From Kitasatospora cinereorecta (GTDB taxonomy: Bacteria > Actinomycetota > Actinomycetes > Streptomycetales > Streptomycetaceae): DNA of 24,000 bases. Each line of letters opens with the position of its first letter. The first letter of the stretch is position 1. Where the stretch lies: the NCBI RefSeq assembly GCF_042656125.1, contig NZ_JBHSOC010000006.1; one strand, given 5' to 3'. The position numbers and the translations under genes were made by a program. The notes below the pieces were generated by a model that was not told the DNA's origin, made no database searches, and saw only the letters and a program-made list of their open reading frames with translations. Shown piece after piece: positions 8,087 to 15,006 of the stretch.

Positions 8087-9280
8087 TCAGATGAACATCG
8101 TGTTGGGCTCCAGGCCGCACAGGACCCGGCCGTAGGTCTCGGTGTTGGAGTCCGGGCTGAACATCGGGTGCACGCTGATGGCGTGGAGGTCGCGGTGGAT
8201 GCGCTGGATCGGCTCGTGCTTGTAGATGGACGAGCCCCCGCTGGCCGAGGCGAAGATCTCCACGGCCTCCTTGGCCAGCTTGGTGGCCCAGCCCTCGTCG
8301 GCGCGGACCCGGGCCCGCTCCTCGATCGTCCAGGGCTCGCCGCTGGCCGCCTTGGCGTCCACCAGCGCCGCGGCGTGGTACGCGTGGTACTCCGCCTGCT
8401 CGGTCTTCATCACGGCGGTGCCGACCTGGATGTGGGTGACCGGCGCCTCGGCCTGGTGCTCGTAGTCGGTGTACCGGATCGGCCGTCCGGGCATCTTCTC
8501 GAAGAACGCCTCGCGGGCAGCCTTGGCCATGCCGACCAGGATGCCGACGGTGGCGGCGGAGCCGGCCAGGATGGTCGGGCTGCGCCAGATGGTGCCGTCC
8601 GCGTTCAGCTTCGACATGCTGTTCGGCCGGATCGCCGAGGCCAGCGGGATCATGTGGCTCTCCGGGACGAAGACGTCCTTGGCCACGGTGGTGACGCTAC
8701 CGCTGGCGGCCATGCCGGAGGTGTGCCAGTCGTCCACGATCTCCAGGCTCGACATCGGCACGGCCAGGATGACCGGCTCGGGCTCGGCGCCCGGCCGGAG
8801 CAGGATGGTGGCCAGCTCCTGCCAGTTGGAGTGCAGGGCGCCACTGACGAAGTGCCAGGAGCCGTTGAGCAGGTAGCCGCCCTCCACCGGTACGCACGCC
8901 CCGCTCGGGCTGACGGCGCCGCAGATCCGGACGTCCTCGGTGGTGAACACCTCCTCCTGGGCCTCGTCGGGGAACAGGCCGACGATCCACGAGGCGATCC
9001 AGTAGGTCGACATCGTCCAGGCCAGGGCGCCGTCCGCCCGGCCGAGATCGATGGCGACGTCCACCAGGGTCTTGGTGTCGGCCTCGTAGCCGCCGAACCG
9101 GGTCGGCATCCGCAGCTTGAAGATCCCCGCGTCGCGGAGGGCCCGGATGGAGTCCTCGTGGATGCGCCGGTTCTCCTCCGACCATGCCGCCTTCTCCCTG
9201 AGCACTGGCACCAACTCGGCCAGGGAGCTCTTCAGTTCTTCAATTGTCGGCTGATTCTGCGACGTTCCGGTGATCGACAC
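8087..9280 (-). CDS. Acyl-CoA-dehydrogenase-fold flavin-dependent monooxygenase (HsaA/HpaH-like oxygenase component)
   Basis: Track ORF 8087..9463 trimmed to the GTG at 9280 (VSITGTSQNQ...), which has AGGAGG 5 nt upstream. The layout LRDAGIFKLRMPTRFGGYE ... GGYLLNGSWHFVSGALHSNW ... PIQRIHRDLHAISVHPMF matches group-D ACAD-fold monooxygenases as I remember them (e.g. HsaA). No flavin reductase partner is present in the window. Confidence 0.8.
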   Translation of the reverse strand: MSITGTSQNQPTIEELKSSLAELVPVLREKAAWSEENRRIHEDSIRALRDAGIFKLRMPTRFGGYEADTKTLVDVAIDLGRADGALAWTMSTYWIASWIVGLFPDEAQEEVFTTEDVRICGAVSPSGACVPVEGGYLLNGSWHFVSGALHSNWQELATILLRPGAEPEPVILAVPMSSLEIVDDWHTSGMAASGSVTTVAKDVFVPESHMIPLASAIRPNSMSKLNADGTIWRSPTILAGSAATVGILVGMAKAAREAFFEKMPGRPIRYTDYEHQAEAPVTHIQVGTAVMKTEQAEYHAYHAAALVDAKAASGEPWTIEERARVRADEGWATKLAKEAVEIFASASGGSSIYKHEPIQRIHRDLHAISVHPMFSPDSNTETYGRVLCGLEPNTMFI

Positions 9281-9412
9281 CCTAGCCTCCTGAGGAAGAG
9301 CCGTGACGTGGATCGACAATCCCATTCGCGACCCGTGCGGGGCTTCTCCCGGATTGCCGGAGACGGGACGGCAGTGACGGGCCGGACCGGGGTATCCTCG
9401 CGCGATTCGTGC

Positions 9413-9463
9413 GCAACTCTTCGGTTGCTCTTCGGGCCTCCATGTGCAACCATGAAGTTGCAC
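9413..9463. promoter_or_regulatory. Two inverted repeats sharing GCAAC-N6-GTTGC half-sites upstream of the SRPBCC gene
   Basis: Site 1 is GCAAC-tcttcg-GTTGC (9413-9428). Site 2 is GTGCAAC-catgaa-GTTGCAC (9444-9463, perfect 7-bp arms). The centres are 33 bp apart. Site 2 ends 30 bp before ATG 9493. Confidence 0.5.
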
Positions 9464-9492
9464 CCCAAAACGGCGGCAACGAAAGAGGCATC

Positions 9493-9930
9493 ATGAGCGA
9501 GGAACTGATCGAGCGTGAGACCCTGATCGAGGCGTCCCTGGAGCGGGTCTGGTCCCTGGTGGCCGAGCCGGGCTTCTGGGTGGCCGACGAGGCGAGCCTG
9601 ACCGGCGCCGAGGCCAAGGAGGGCGACTCGATCATCGCGAAGAACGCCGAGTACGGCGACTTCCCGGTGCGGGTGGAGAAGGTCACCCCGCCGACCTACG
9701 TCGCGTACCGCTGGGTCACCGCCTTCCCGGGCGAGGAGCTGCGCGAGGACAACAGCACCCTCATCGAGTTCACCCTGACCGCCGAGGGCGACAAGACCCG
9801 CCTGCGCGTCGTCGAGAGCGGCTTCGCGGCCCTCCCGACCACCGAGGAGCGGCGCACCAAGACCCTGAGCGACAACGCCAGCGGCTGGCCGCAGGTGCTC
9901 GCGGCGCTCAAGACGCGCGCCGAGAAGTAG
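9493..9930 (+). CDS. SRPBCC-superfamily protein (Aha1/START-like)
   Basis: Track ORF 9409..9930 trimmed to ATG 9493 (AAGAGG upstream). LIEASLERVWSLVAEPGFW ... VAYRW ... STLIEFTL...GDKTRLRVVESGF ... GWPQVLAALK is the typical Aha1-like SRPBCC pattern. Confidence 0.75.
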   Translation: MSEELIERETLIEASLERVWSLVAEPGFWVADEASLTGAEAKEGDSIIAKNAEYGDFPVRVEKVTPPTYVAYRWVTAFPGEELREDNSTLIEFTLTAEGDKTRLRVVESGFAALPTTEERRTKTLSDNASGWPQVLAALKTRAEK

Positions 9931-9972
9931 TCCGTCCGGCCGGGATGCCTCTCGGGCGGACGGCCGGGCGGT

Positions 9973-10011
9973 GGTGCGGGCCCTCCCCCTGCCCCGGGGA
10001 GGGCCCGCACC
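9973..10011. terminator. Perfect 16-bp hairpin between the convergent SRPBCC and methyltransferase genes
   Basis: GGTGCGGGCCCTCCCC (9973-9988) and GGGGAGGGCCCGCACC (9996-10011) with a 7-nt loop. It lies between the stops at 9930 (+) and 10028 (-). Confidence 0.6.
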
Positions 10012-10027
10012 GCCACCCGGCCGGGGT

Positions 10028-10975
10028 TCAGCGCTTGCGGGCGATGGTGACGCCGTCCCGGACGGGCAGCATGACGGCCTCCACCCGGGGGTCGGTGGCG
10101 ATCAGTTCGTTGAGGCCGCGCATCGCCAGGTGGCTGGGGCCGGTGAAGGCCGGGTCGAGGACGCGGCCGCCGAGGAACACGTTGTCCAGGACGACCAGGC
10201 CGCCCGGCCGCAGCCGGGGGACGATCTCCTCGTAGTACGCCGGGTAGGAGGCCTTGTCGGCGTCGATGAAGGCGATGTCCAGTTCGGGTTCGGTCGGCAG
10301 GGCGCGCAGCGTCTCCAGTGCGGGGGCGAGGGCCAGTTCGACGCGGTCGGCGACGCCGGCCCGCTCCCAGTAGCGGCGGGCCACGGCGGTCCACTCCTCG
10401 CTGACGTCGCAGGCCAGCAGCCGGCCGCCGTCGGCCAGGCCGCGGGCGATGCAGATCGAGGAGTAGCCGGTGAAGACGCCCACCTCGACCGCCTTGCGGG
10501 CGCCCACCAGGCGGGTCAGCAGGGTGAGCAGGGCGCCCTCGTCGTGCGAGATCTGCATCCCGGCCGCGCCGCCGGTGGCCTCCCGGGTTTCGGCGACCAG
10601 TTCGCGCAGCAGCTCGTCGGGCTGGGTGCTGTGGGCGAGCACGTAGTCGGCGACCAGCGGGTGGGTGGGTTCCACGGTGTTCCCGTCGACCGGCTCGCTC
10701 CAGTCGACCGCCAGGTCCTCGCGGGCGGCGAACCGGACGAGGTGGCGGGCGACCACGTCCTGCACGCCGGCCAGCGCCTCGGTGTCCGCGGCGGTGGCGG
10801 TCAGCTCCAGGCCGTCCGGCCCGGGGACGAGCACGCAGCTGCCCGCGCTCAGGGTGACGGTGCCGCGTCCGTCCAGGGTGAGTTCGGTGGTGACCTTGCG
10901 GCCCAGGTGCGAGACCAACTGCTTGATGTAGCGCTCGGGGCGGTCGGTGTCGACCAGTGCCGTCGAGACGGGCAT
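10028..10975 (-). CDS. DUF2218-like N-terminal domain fused to a class I SAM-dependent O-methyltransferase (caffeoyl-CoA OMT-like)
   Basis: The N-terminal ~95 aa (VDTDRPERYIKQLVSHLGRK...VARHLVRFA) resemble DUF2218. The C-terminal ~210 aa carry OMT motifs: AVEVGVFTGYSSICIARGL (SAM motif I) and FIDADKASYPAYYEEIVPRLRPGGLVVLDNVFLGGRV. GGAGGA lies 5 nt upstream of the ATG. Confidence 0.85.
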   Translation of the reverse strand: MPVSTALVDTDRPERYIKQLVSHLGRKVTTELTLDGRGTVTLSAGSCVLVPGPDGLELTATAADTEALAGVQDVVARHLVRFAAREDLAVDWSEPVDGNTVEPTHPLVADYVLAHSTQPDELLRELVAETREATGGAAGMQISHDEGALLTLLTRLVGARKAVEVGVFTGYSSICIARGLADGGRLLACDVSEEWTAVARRYWERAGVADRVELALAPALETLRALPTEPELDIAFIDADKASYPAYYEEIVPRLRPGGLVVLDNVFLGGRVLDPAFTGPSHLAMRGLNELIATDPRVEAVMLPVRDGVTIARKR

Positions 10976-11114
10976 CGGGTTCCTCCGGCGAGTCGTGGGG
11001 CAGGGTGCCCGGCAGGTGGTAAGCGTCGAGGATTGCCGACGCTTGCCGGGAACGAGTCTGGGCTCAGTGGTGATCGTTTGTCAAAGCGTCGAGAGTTATG
11101 GACACTTTTCGGTC

Positions 11115-11651
11115 ATGGACCCGATCGACGACGAGCCCGTGGTGCTGCGCTCCCCCGCGCAGTTCAAGGCGCTCGGCCACCCCGTACGCCACCGCCTGGT
11201 CAACGTATTGCGCCAACGCCCGGCGACGCTGCGGCAGTTGGCGGAGGCGATGGGCGCCGCCAAGGGGACGATCGGCTACCACGTCCGGGTCCTCCAGGAC
11301 GCCGGCCTGGTCCGCGTCGCCGAGAGCAGACAGGTCCGCGGCGGCACCGAGCAGTACTTCGCCCTGGTCAGCCGCAGCTTCCAGTTCCACGAGGACGCCC
11401 GGGGCGGCGCCGAGTTCATGATCAACGCGGCCCTCGCCGAGATGCTCCCGGAAGGCGAGGAGAAGACCGGGACCACCGTCCTGCGCCACCTCTGGCTCAC
11501 GCCCGATGAGGTCCGCGCCCTCGCCGAGCGCCTGGAGACCCGCGACGCCGAACTCGCCACCGGCACCCCCGCCGCCGGCGCCGAGGCCTACGGCCTGCTG
11601 GTCAGCCTCTACCGCGCCGACATCCCGGCACTCACCCCCGACGAGGGCTGA
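11115..11651 (+). CDS. ArsR/SmtB-type winged-helix transcriptional regulator with a C-terminal extension
   Basis: Track ORF 10947..11651 trimmed to ATG 11115, since the upstream part overlaps the divergent gene. FKALGHPVRHRLVNVLRQRPATLRQLAEAMGAAKGTIGYHVRVLQDAGLV is a canonical ArsR HTH. There is no SD. TTGTCA (11078-11083), 17 bp, then GACACT would place a start site at about the ATG, so the mRNA may be leaderless (low confidence). Confidence 0.8.
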   Translation: MDPIDDEPVVLRSPAQFKALGHPVRHRLVNVLRQRPATLRQLAEAMGAAKGTIGYHVRVLQDAGLVRVAESRQVRGGTEQYFALVSRSFQFHEDARGGAEFMINAALAEMLPEGEEKTGTTVLRHLWLTPDEVRALAERLETRDAELATGTPAAGAEAYGLLVSLYRADIPALTPDEG

Positions 11652-11784
11652 CCGGCCGGCGCGATGACATCTGTCATGCCGGAGCGGTGACGGGCGGTCC
11701 TGCCGTGCGCGACCTGCCGGGGTCGAGAATCGTGGTGTCGGCGGGGCGAAGGGCGCGGGGCCGGCAAGGCGGACGGGGGAGAAC

Positions 11785-12243
11785 ATGAACGGCACCGTGG
11801 AGACCGCGGAACAGGTCGAGGCAGAGGCCGCGGCCGGGGACCTGCCCAAGGTCGCCGAGCTGCGACTGCCCGGCTGGTACTTCGCCTTCGAGGGGACCGT
11901 CGCCGGCATCTTCGACCTGCTGCGGGCCTTCCCGTCCGCCTGGCCCGCCGTGGTCGTCCTGGTGGCGGCGAACATCGCCGTCTCGCTGACCGTGATGCGG
12001 GGGCGCCTCAGGCTCGCCAAGCTGCTCTGGCGCGGCAAGGGCACCCGCACGATCATGCTCACCCTGGTCGGCATCCGGATCGGCGCCCACCTGCTGCTCG
12101 CCGCGATCGGCCTGGCGGCCGGCTCGGCCACCACGCACGTGCTGTTCGCCCTGGCGATGAGCGCACTGAGCGTCGGCCTGATGCTCCACACCCAGCGGAC
12201 CTCGCTCGCCGCCCTGGTGGCGAGCGGCAAGGCCACCGCCTGA
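11785..12243 (+). CDS. Hypothetical membrane protein (3-4 predicted TM helices)
   Basis: GGGGGAG RBS 4 nt upstream. Hydrophobic segments include WPAVVVLVAANIAVSLTV, IMLTLVGIRIGAHLLLAAIGLAA and HVLFALAMSALSVGLML. I recognise no family. It lies downstream of the ArsR-type regulator. Confidence 0.55.
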   Translation: MNGTVETAEQVEAEAAAGDLPKVAELRLPGWYFAFEGTVAGIFDLLRAFPSAWPAVVVLVAANIAVSLTVMRGRLRLAKLLWRGKGTRTIMLTLVGIRIGAHLLLAAIGLAAGSATTHVLFALAMSALSVGLMLHTQRTSLAALVASGKATA

Positions 12244-12282
12244 ACCGCTGGAACGACCACCGCCGGTGCGGCCCGTGCCGGT

Positions 12283-12780
12283 TCAGCCGGTCCGGGCCGC
12301 GCCCGGGGGCCAGACCCGGTGGACGGGCACACCGGCGGCCCGCGCCGCCGCGACCATGTGGGCGGTACCGCCCGGACCGTTGCCCGGGCCGCCGTCCCAG
12401 ACCGCGACCAGCCGGTCCGCCCGGCGCAGCAGTTCGGCGTTGGCGGCGACGTACGCGGCACTGTCCGGCTCCGGGGCGGGCAGCACCAGCACCTCGGCGG
12501 CGGCCCGGCACAGCCGGTCGAACTCCTCCGCGTAGGCCGTGTACCCCGCCGCCACCGCCGCCGCCCGGTAGCGGGCCGAGGGCAGCACCACCTCCAGCCG
12601 GCCGCCCAGTTCCAGCACCACGTCCGCGAACAGCGCGTCCGCGCCCGGGGCGATGCACGAGAGGCCGGTGAGAGTGCCGCCCCGCGCGTACGGGCCCAGG
12701 AGTGCGAGGAGTTCGGCGCGGATCGACGGGAGGCCCGCCCCGGCCAGGTCGAGGTGGCCGGTCACGGCGATCACGGTCAT
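12283..12780 (-). CDS. Stand-alone SLOG (DprA/LOG-like) Rossmannoid domain protein, hypothetical
   Basis: 165 aa with AGGGAG 5 nt upstream of the ATG. The pattern IAVTGH...GLSCIAPGADALFADVVLELGGRLEVVLPS...NAELLRRADRLVAVWDGGPGNGPGGTAHMVAAARAAGVPV matches the SLOG signature as I recall it: a G-x-GAD loop after strand 2 and a late GGT loop before a final helix-strand. Confidence 0.55.
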   Translation of the reverse strand: MTVIAVTGHLDLAGAGLPSIRAELLALLGPYARGGTLTGLSCIAPGADALFADVVLELGGRLEVVLPSARYRAAAVAAGYTAYAEEFDRLCRAAAEVLVLPAPEPDSAAYVAANAELLRRADRLVAVWDGGPGNGPGGTAHMVAAARAAGVPVHRVWPPGAARTG

Positions 12781-12956
12781 ACGACTCCCTGCGGCTCCCG
12801 GCCCGGCACCTCGCGCCCGTACCGCCGCCCGCGGACCGGCTGCGTCCGGTCTGCCCGCTGCGGCCGCACTTCACTCCCGACGCCCGGCACTCCACGCCCG
12901 GCGCCCGGCGGCAGCCTCCTGGACAGGGCTGACCTGGGAACCCGACAATCGCTGTC

Positions 12957-13502
12957 ATGACGTCACTCGAGTTGCGCACCGCGCTCGCCCGGCCGTCCCA
13001 GGCCGAGCGGGACCAGGCGCTGGACGTGCTGCGCGACGGCGTCGGCAACGGCCGGCTCTCGCACGACACCTTCATCCGCCGGATGGAGCTCGTCCTCACC
13101 GCCCGCAGCCGCGCCGAACTCGCCGACGTCGTCTCCGACCTCCACACCTACGGCCGGGTCTCCCGGCTGCTGCTGCGCACCGTCGCCAGGGTGTCCGCGC
13201 TGAACGTCCGGCTGCGGCACACCTGGCAGGCCGAGCAGGTGCCGCGGCTGCGCCTGCCCGGACCGGGCGTCACCCGGCTGACCATCGGCCGGATGACCGG
13301 ATCCGACCTGCGGCTGGGCGACAGCACCGTCTCCCGCAACCACGCCGAACTGCGGTGGGAGAGCGGCGACTGGGTGCTGCACGACCTCGGCTCCAGCAAC
13401 GGCACCTACGTCAACGACCTGCGGGTGGCCGGCGCCGTGGTGGTCCGCCCCGGCGACCTCGTCCGCTTCGGCCGCCAGGCCTTCCACCTCACCGTCGACT
13501 GA
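12957..13502 (+). CDS. DUF1707-like N-terminal domain plus C-terminal FHA domain protein
   Basis: The N-terminus RPSQAERDQALDVLRDGVGNGRLSHDTFIRRMELVLTARSRAEL is DUF1707/SHOCT-like. The C-terminus LTIGRMTGSDLRLGDSTVSRNHAELRWESGDWVLHDLGSSNGTYVNDLRV has the FHA core residues G-R...S-R-x-H...S-x-N-G-T. Confidence 0.85.
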   Translation: MTSLELRTALARPSQAERDQALDVLRDGVGNGRLSHDTFIRRMELVLTARSRAELADVVSDLHTYGRVSRLLLRTVARVSALNVRLRHTWQAEQVPRLRLPGPGVTRLTIGRMTGSDLRLGDSTVSRNHAELRWESGDWVLHDLGSSNGTYVNDLRVAGAVVVRPGDLVRFGRQAFHLTVD

Positions 13503-13529
13503 CCGACGCCCGCTGCGGTACCACCGGCG

Positions 13530-14162
13530 TCAGTACGTCCGGCAGAGCCCGGCCGCGCCCGCGCCGGTGGCCGCCGCGAGCCGGAGCATCCGCAGCGGCC
13601 CGTCCAGCAGCTCGGCCGGATCGTAGCCGGGTGCGTCACCGGTCGCGGCGATCCAGTCGGTGATCCCGGCCAGCACCTCGGCCCGGCGCCGACCGGAGAG
13701 GTCGAGCACCCGCTCGGCGGCGGGCAGCGAGTCCCGTACCTCCTGCGCCGTCAGCAGGAAGTCGCCCAGCATCCCCGGCAGCTGCAGCGCGGCGTCGTGG
13801 CCGAGCGCGTAGCAGAGCGCGGTGGCCGGGTCGGCCTTGCGCAGCACGGCGGCGAAGTGGGTGCCGGCCTGCTCGACGAGGTTCAGGCACGCCTCGCGCA
13901 GGGCCTCGGCAGCCGGTGTCTCCGGGTGGGCGGAGCGGACGAGCGCGGCGAAGCGCTCCGCGGCGCGCGTGGCGTGGACCCGGCCCCCGGAGTCGTGTTC
14001 GAGCATGGGTTCGCCACCCTCCGCCCACCACCGCAGGGAGTCGCCGAGATCACGCGAGGGCCCTCCGGTGCCCGGTTCCCACAGGTGGAGGAAGCGGAAC
14101 GGCAGGTCACGCGCCTCGGCGTCGGGAATCGGGCCGATCAGCCACAGTCCGGTCCAGCTCAT
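13530..14162 (-). CDS. Hypothetical protein (no recognisable family)
   Basis: Track ORF 13530..14198 starts at a TTG. I prefer the in-frame ATG at 14162 (MSWTGLWLIG...), but both starts have weak RBS. GC3-rich coding-like composition. Divergent from the toxin operon. Confidence 0.45.
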   Translation of the reverse strand: MSWTGLWLIGPIPDAEARDLPFRFLHLWEPGTGGPSRDLGDSLRWWAEGGEPMLEHDSGGRVHATRAAERFAALVRSAHPETPAAEALREACLNLVEQAGTHFAAVLRKADPATALCYALGHDAALQLPGMLGDFLLTAQEVRDSLPAAERVLDLSGRRRAEVLAGITDWIAATGDAPGYDPAELLDGPLRMLRLAAATGAGAAGLCRTY

Positions 14163-14280
14163 GGTCCCGAGTCTGGGACTGGTGGCGGACGACGGCAACC
14201 GCGTACCGTCATGAGGCGTCGTTAGCTTGTACTACCGATCCGTATTCTGGCGGTACGTCTGTGCGCGAGGGGGCACACTC

Positions 14281-15006
14281 ATGGCGATCGAACTGCCCGA
14301 CGAAGTGGTGTCGTTCCTCTCCGTCATCGGCATCAACTGGCCGACCGTGAACGAGGACAGCGTGCGGGAGTTCGCCTCCCACGTCCGGGAGTTCGCCGAG
14401 AACGTCGAGTCGGCGCACCAGGACTCCACCGCCACGATCCAGAAGCTGGGCGAGGCGTACGAGGGCGCGTCCTACGAGGCGCTGCTCGCCAAGTGGGCCC
14501 AGCTCTCCGACTCGCACATGAACGAGCTGGTCCAGGCCTGCCACGTGGTGGCCACCGCGCTGGACGTGGCCGCCGACGTGATCGTCGCCATGAAGGTCGA
14601 GACGATCGCCGAGCTGGTCGCGCTGGCCGCCGCGTTCATCGCCGACCAGGCGGCCGCCGTGGCCACCCTCGGCGCCGCCGAGGCGGCCGTCATCCTCATC
14701 GAGGAGGCGGCGAAGCGGTTGATCAACTACCTGGAGCAGCAGCTGGAGCAGTACATCATCGGCCAGGTGGTGACGGCCGCGATCGACCCGCTGGTGGAGG
14801 TCGTGGCGAACGCCGTCTCCGGGCTGGTGTTCCAGGCCGCCGAGGCCGCCCTCGGGGTGGACGGCGGCGGGGGCGGCGGCACCGGATTCCGGATCGACCC
14901 GGAGGCGCTGGAGGCCCACGCGCAGATGATGCACGACCACGCGGAGACCGTGGCCGGCCACGCGCAGACGTTCCAGGCCAAGGCGGCGGGGGTGAGCTTC
15001 GAATGA
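14281..15006 (+). CDS. WXG100-like / putative T7SS-signal-type helical protein (toxin trafficking module encoded as a separate ORF)
   Basis: Track ORF 14227..15006 trimmed to ATG 14281 (GAGGGGG upstream). The N-terminus MAIELPDEVVSFLSVIGINWPTVNEDSVREFASHVREFAENVE...LGEAYEGASYEALLAKW resembles the N-terminal helix-turn-helix domain of actinobacterial polymorphic toxins, with YEG in the WxG position. It is followed by Ala-rich amphipathic/hydrophobic helices, a G6 linker and a second helical segment FRIDPEALEAHAQMMHDHAETVAGHAQTF. Confidence 0.65.
   Translation: MAIELPDEVVSFLSVIGINWPTVNEDSVREFASHVREFAENVESAHQDSTATIQKLGEAYEGASYEALLAKWAQLSDSHMNELVQACHVVATALDVAADVIVAMKVETIAELVALAAAFIADQAAAVATLGAAEAAVILIEEAAKRLINYLEQQLEQYIIGQVVTAAIDPLVEVVANAVSGLVFQAAEAALGVDGGGGGGTGFRIDPEALEAHAQMMHDHAETVAGHAQTFQAKAAGVSFE

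Noticed and set aside
7339-8135. Track ORFs 7339..7959 (-), 7449..8135 (+), 7704..8120 (-) and 7843..8094 (+) in the VOC / monooxygenase intergenic region
   Set aside because: These are Arg/Pro/Gly-rich. Their internal peptide repeats (e.g. PTPRA x3, EALGH x3) are just translations of the 15-bp tandem repeat. They lack RBSs and overlap terminator hairpins.
9281-9463. 61-codon N-terminal extension of the monooxygenase ORF, and likewise 9409..9492 and 10947..11114 extensions of the SRPBCC and ArsR-type ORFs
   Set aside because: The extensions cross divergent promoter regions or overlap the neighbouring gene, and they are not protein-like. The internal starts have good RBSs (9280, 9493) or give the canonical family N-terminus (11115).
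14493-15002. N-terminal 170 codons of track ORF 14493..15995
   Set aside because: This part (GPALRLAHERAGPGLPRGGHRAGRGRRRDRR...) overlaps the well-formed WXG100-like gene in another frame and is Arg/Gly-rich. The protein-like sequence begins at ATG 15003, which forms an ATGA overlap with the upstream stop.
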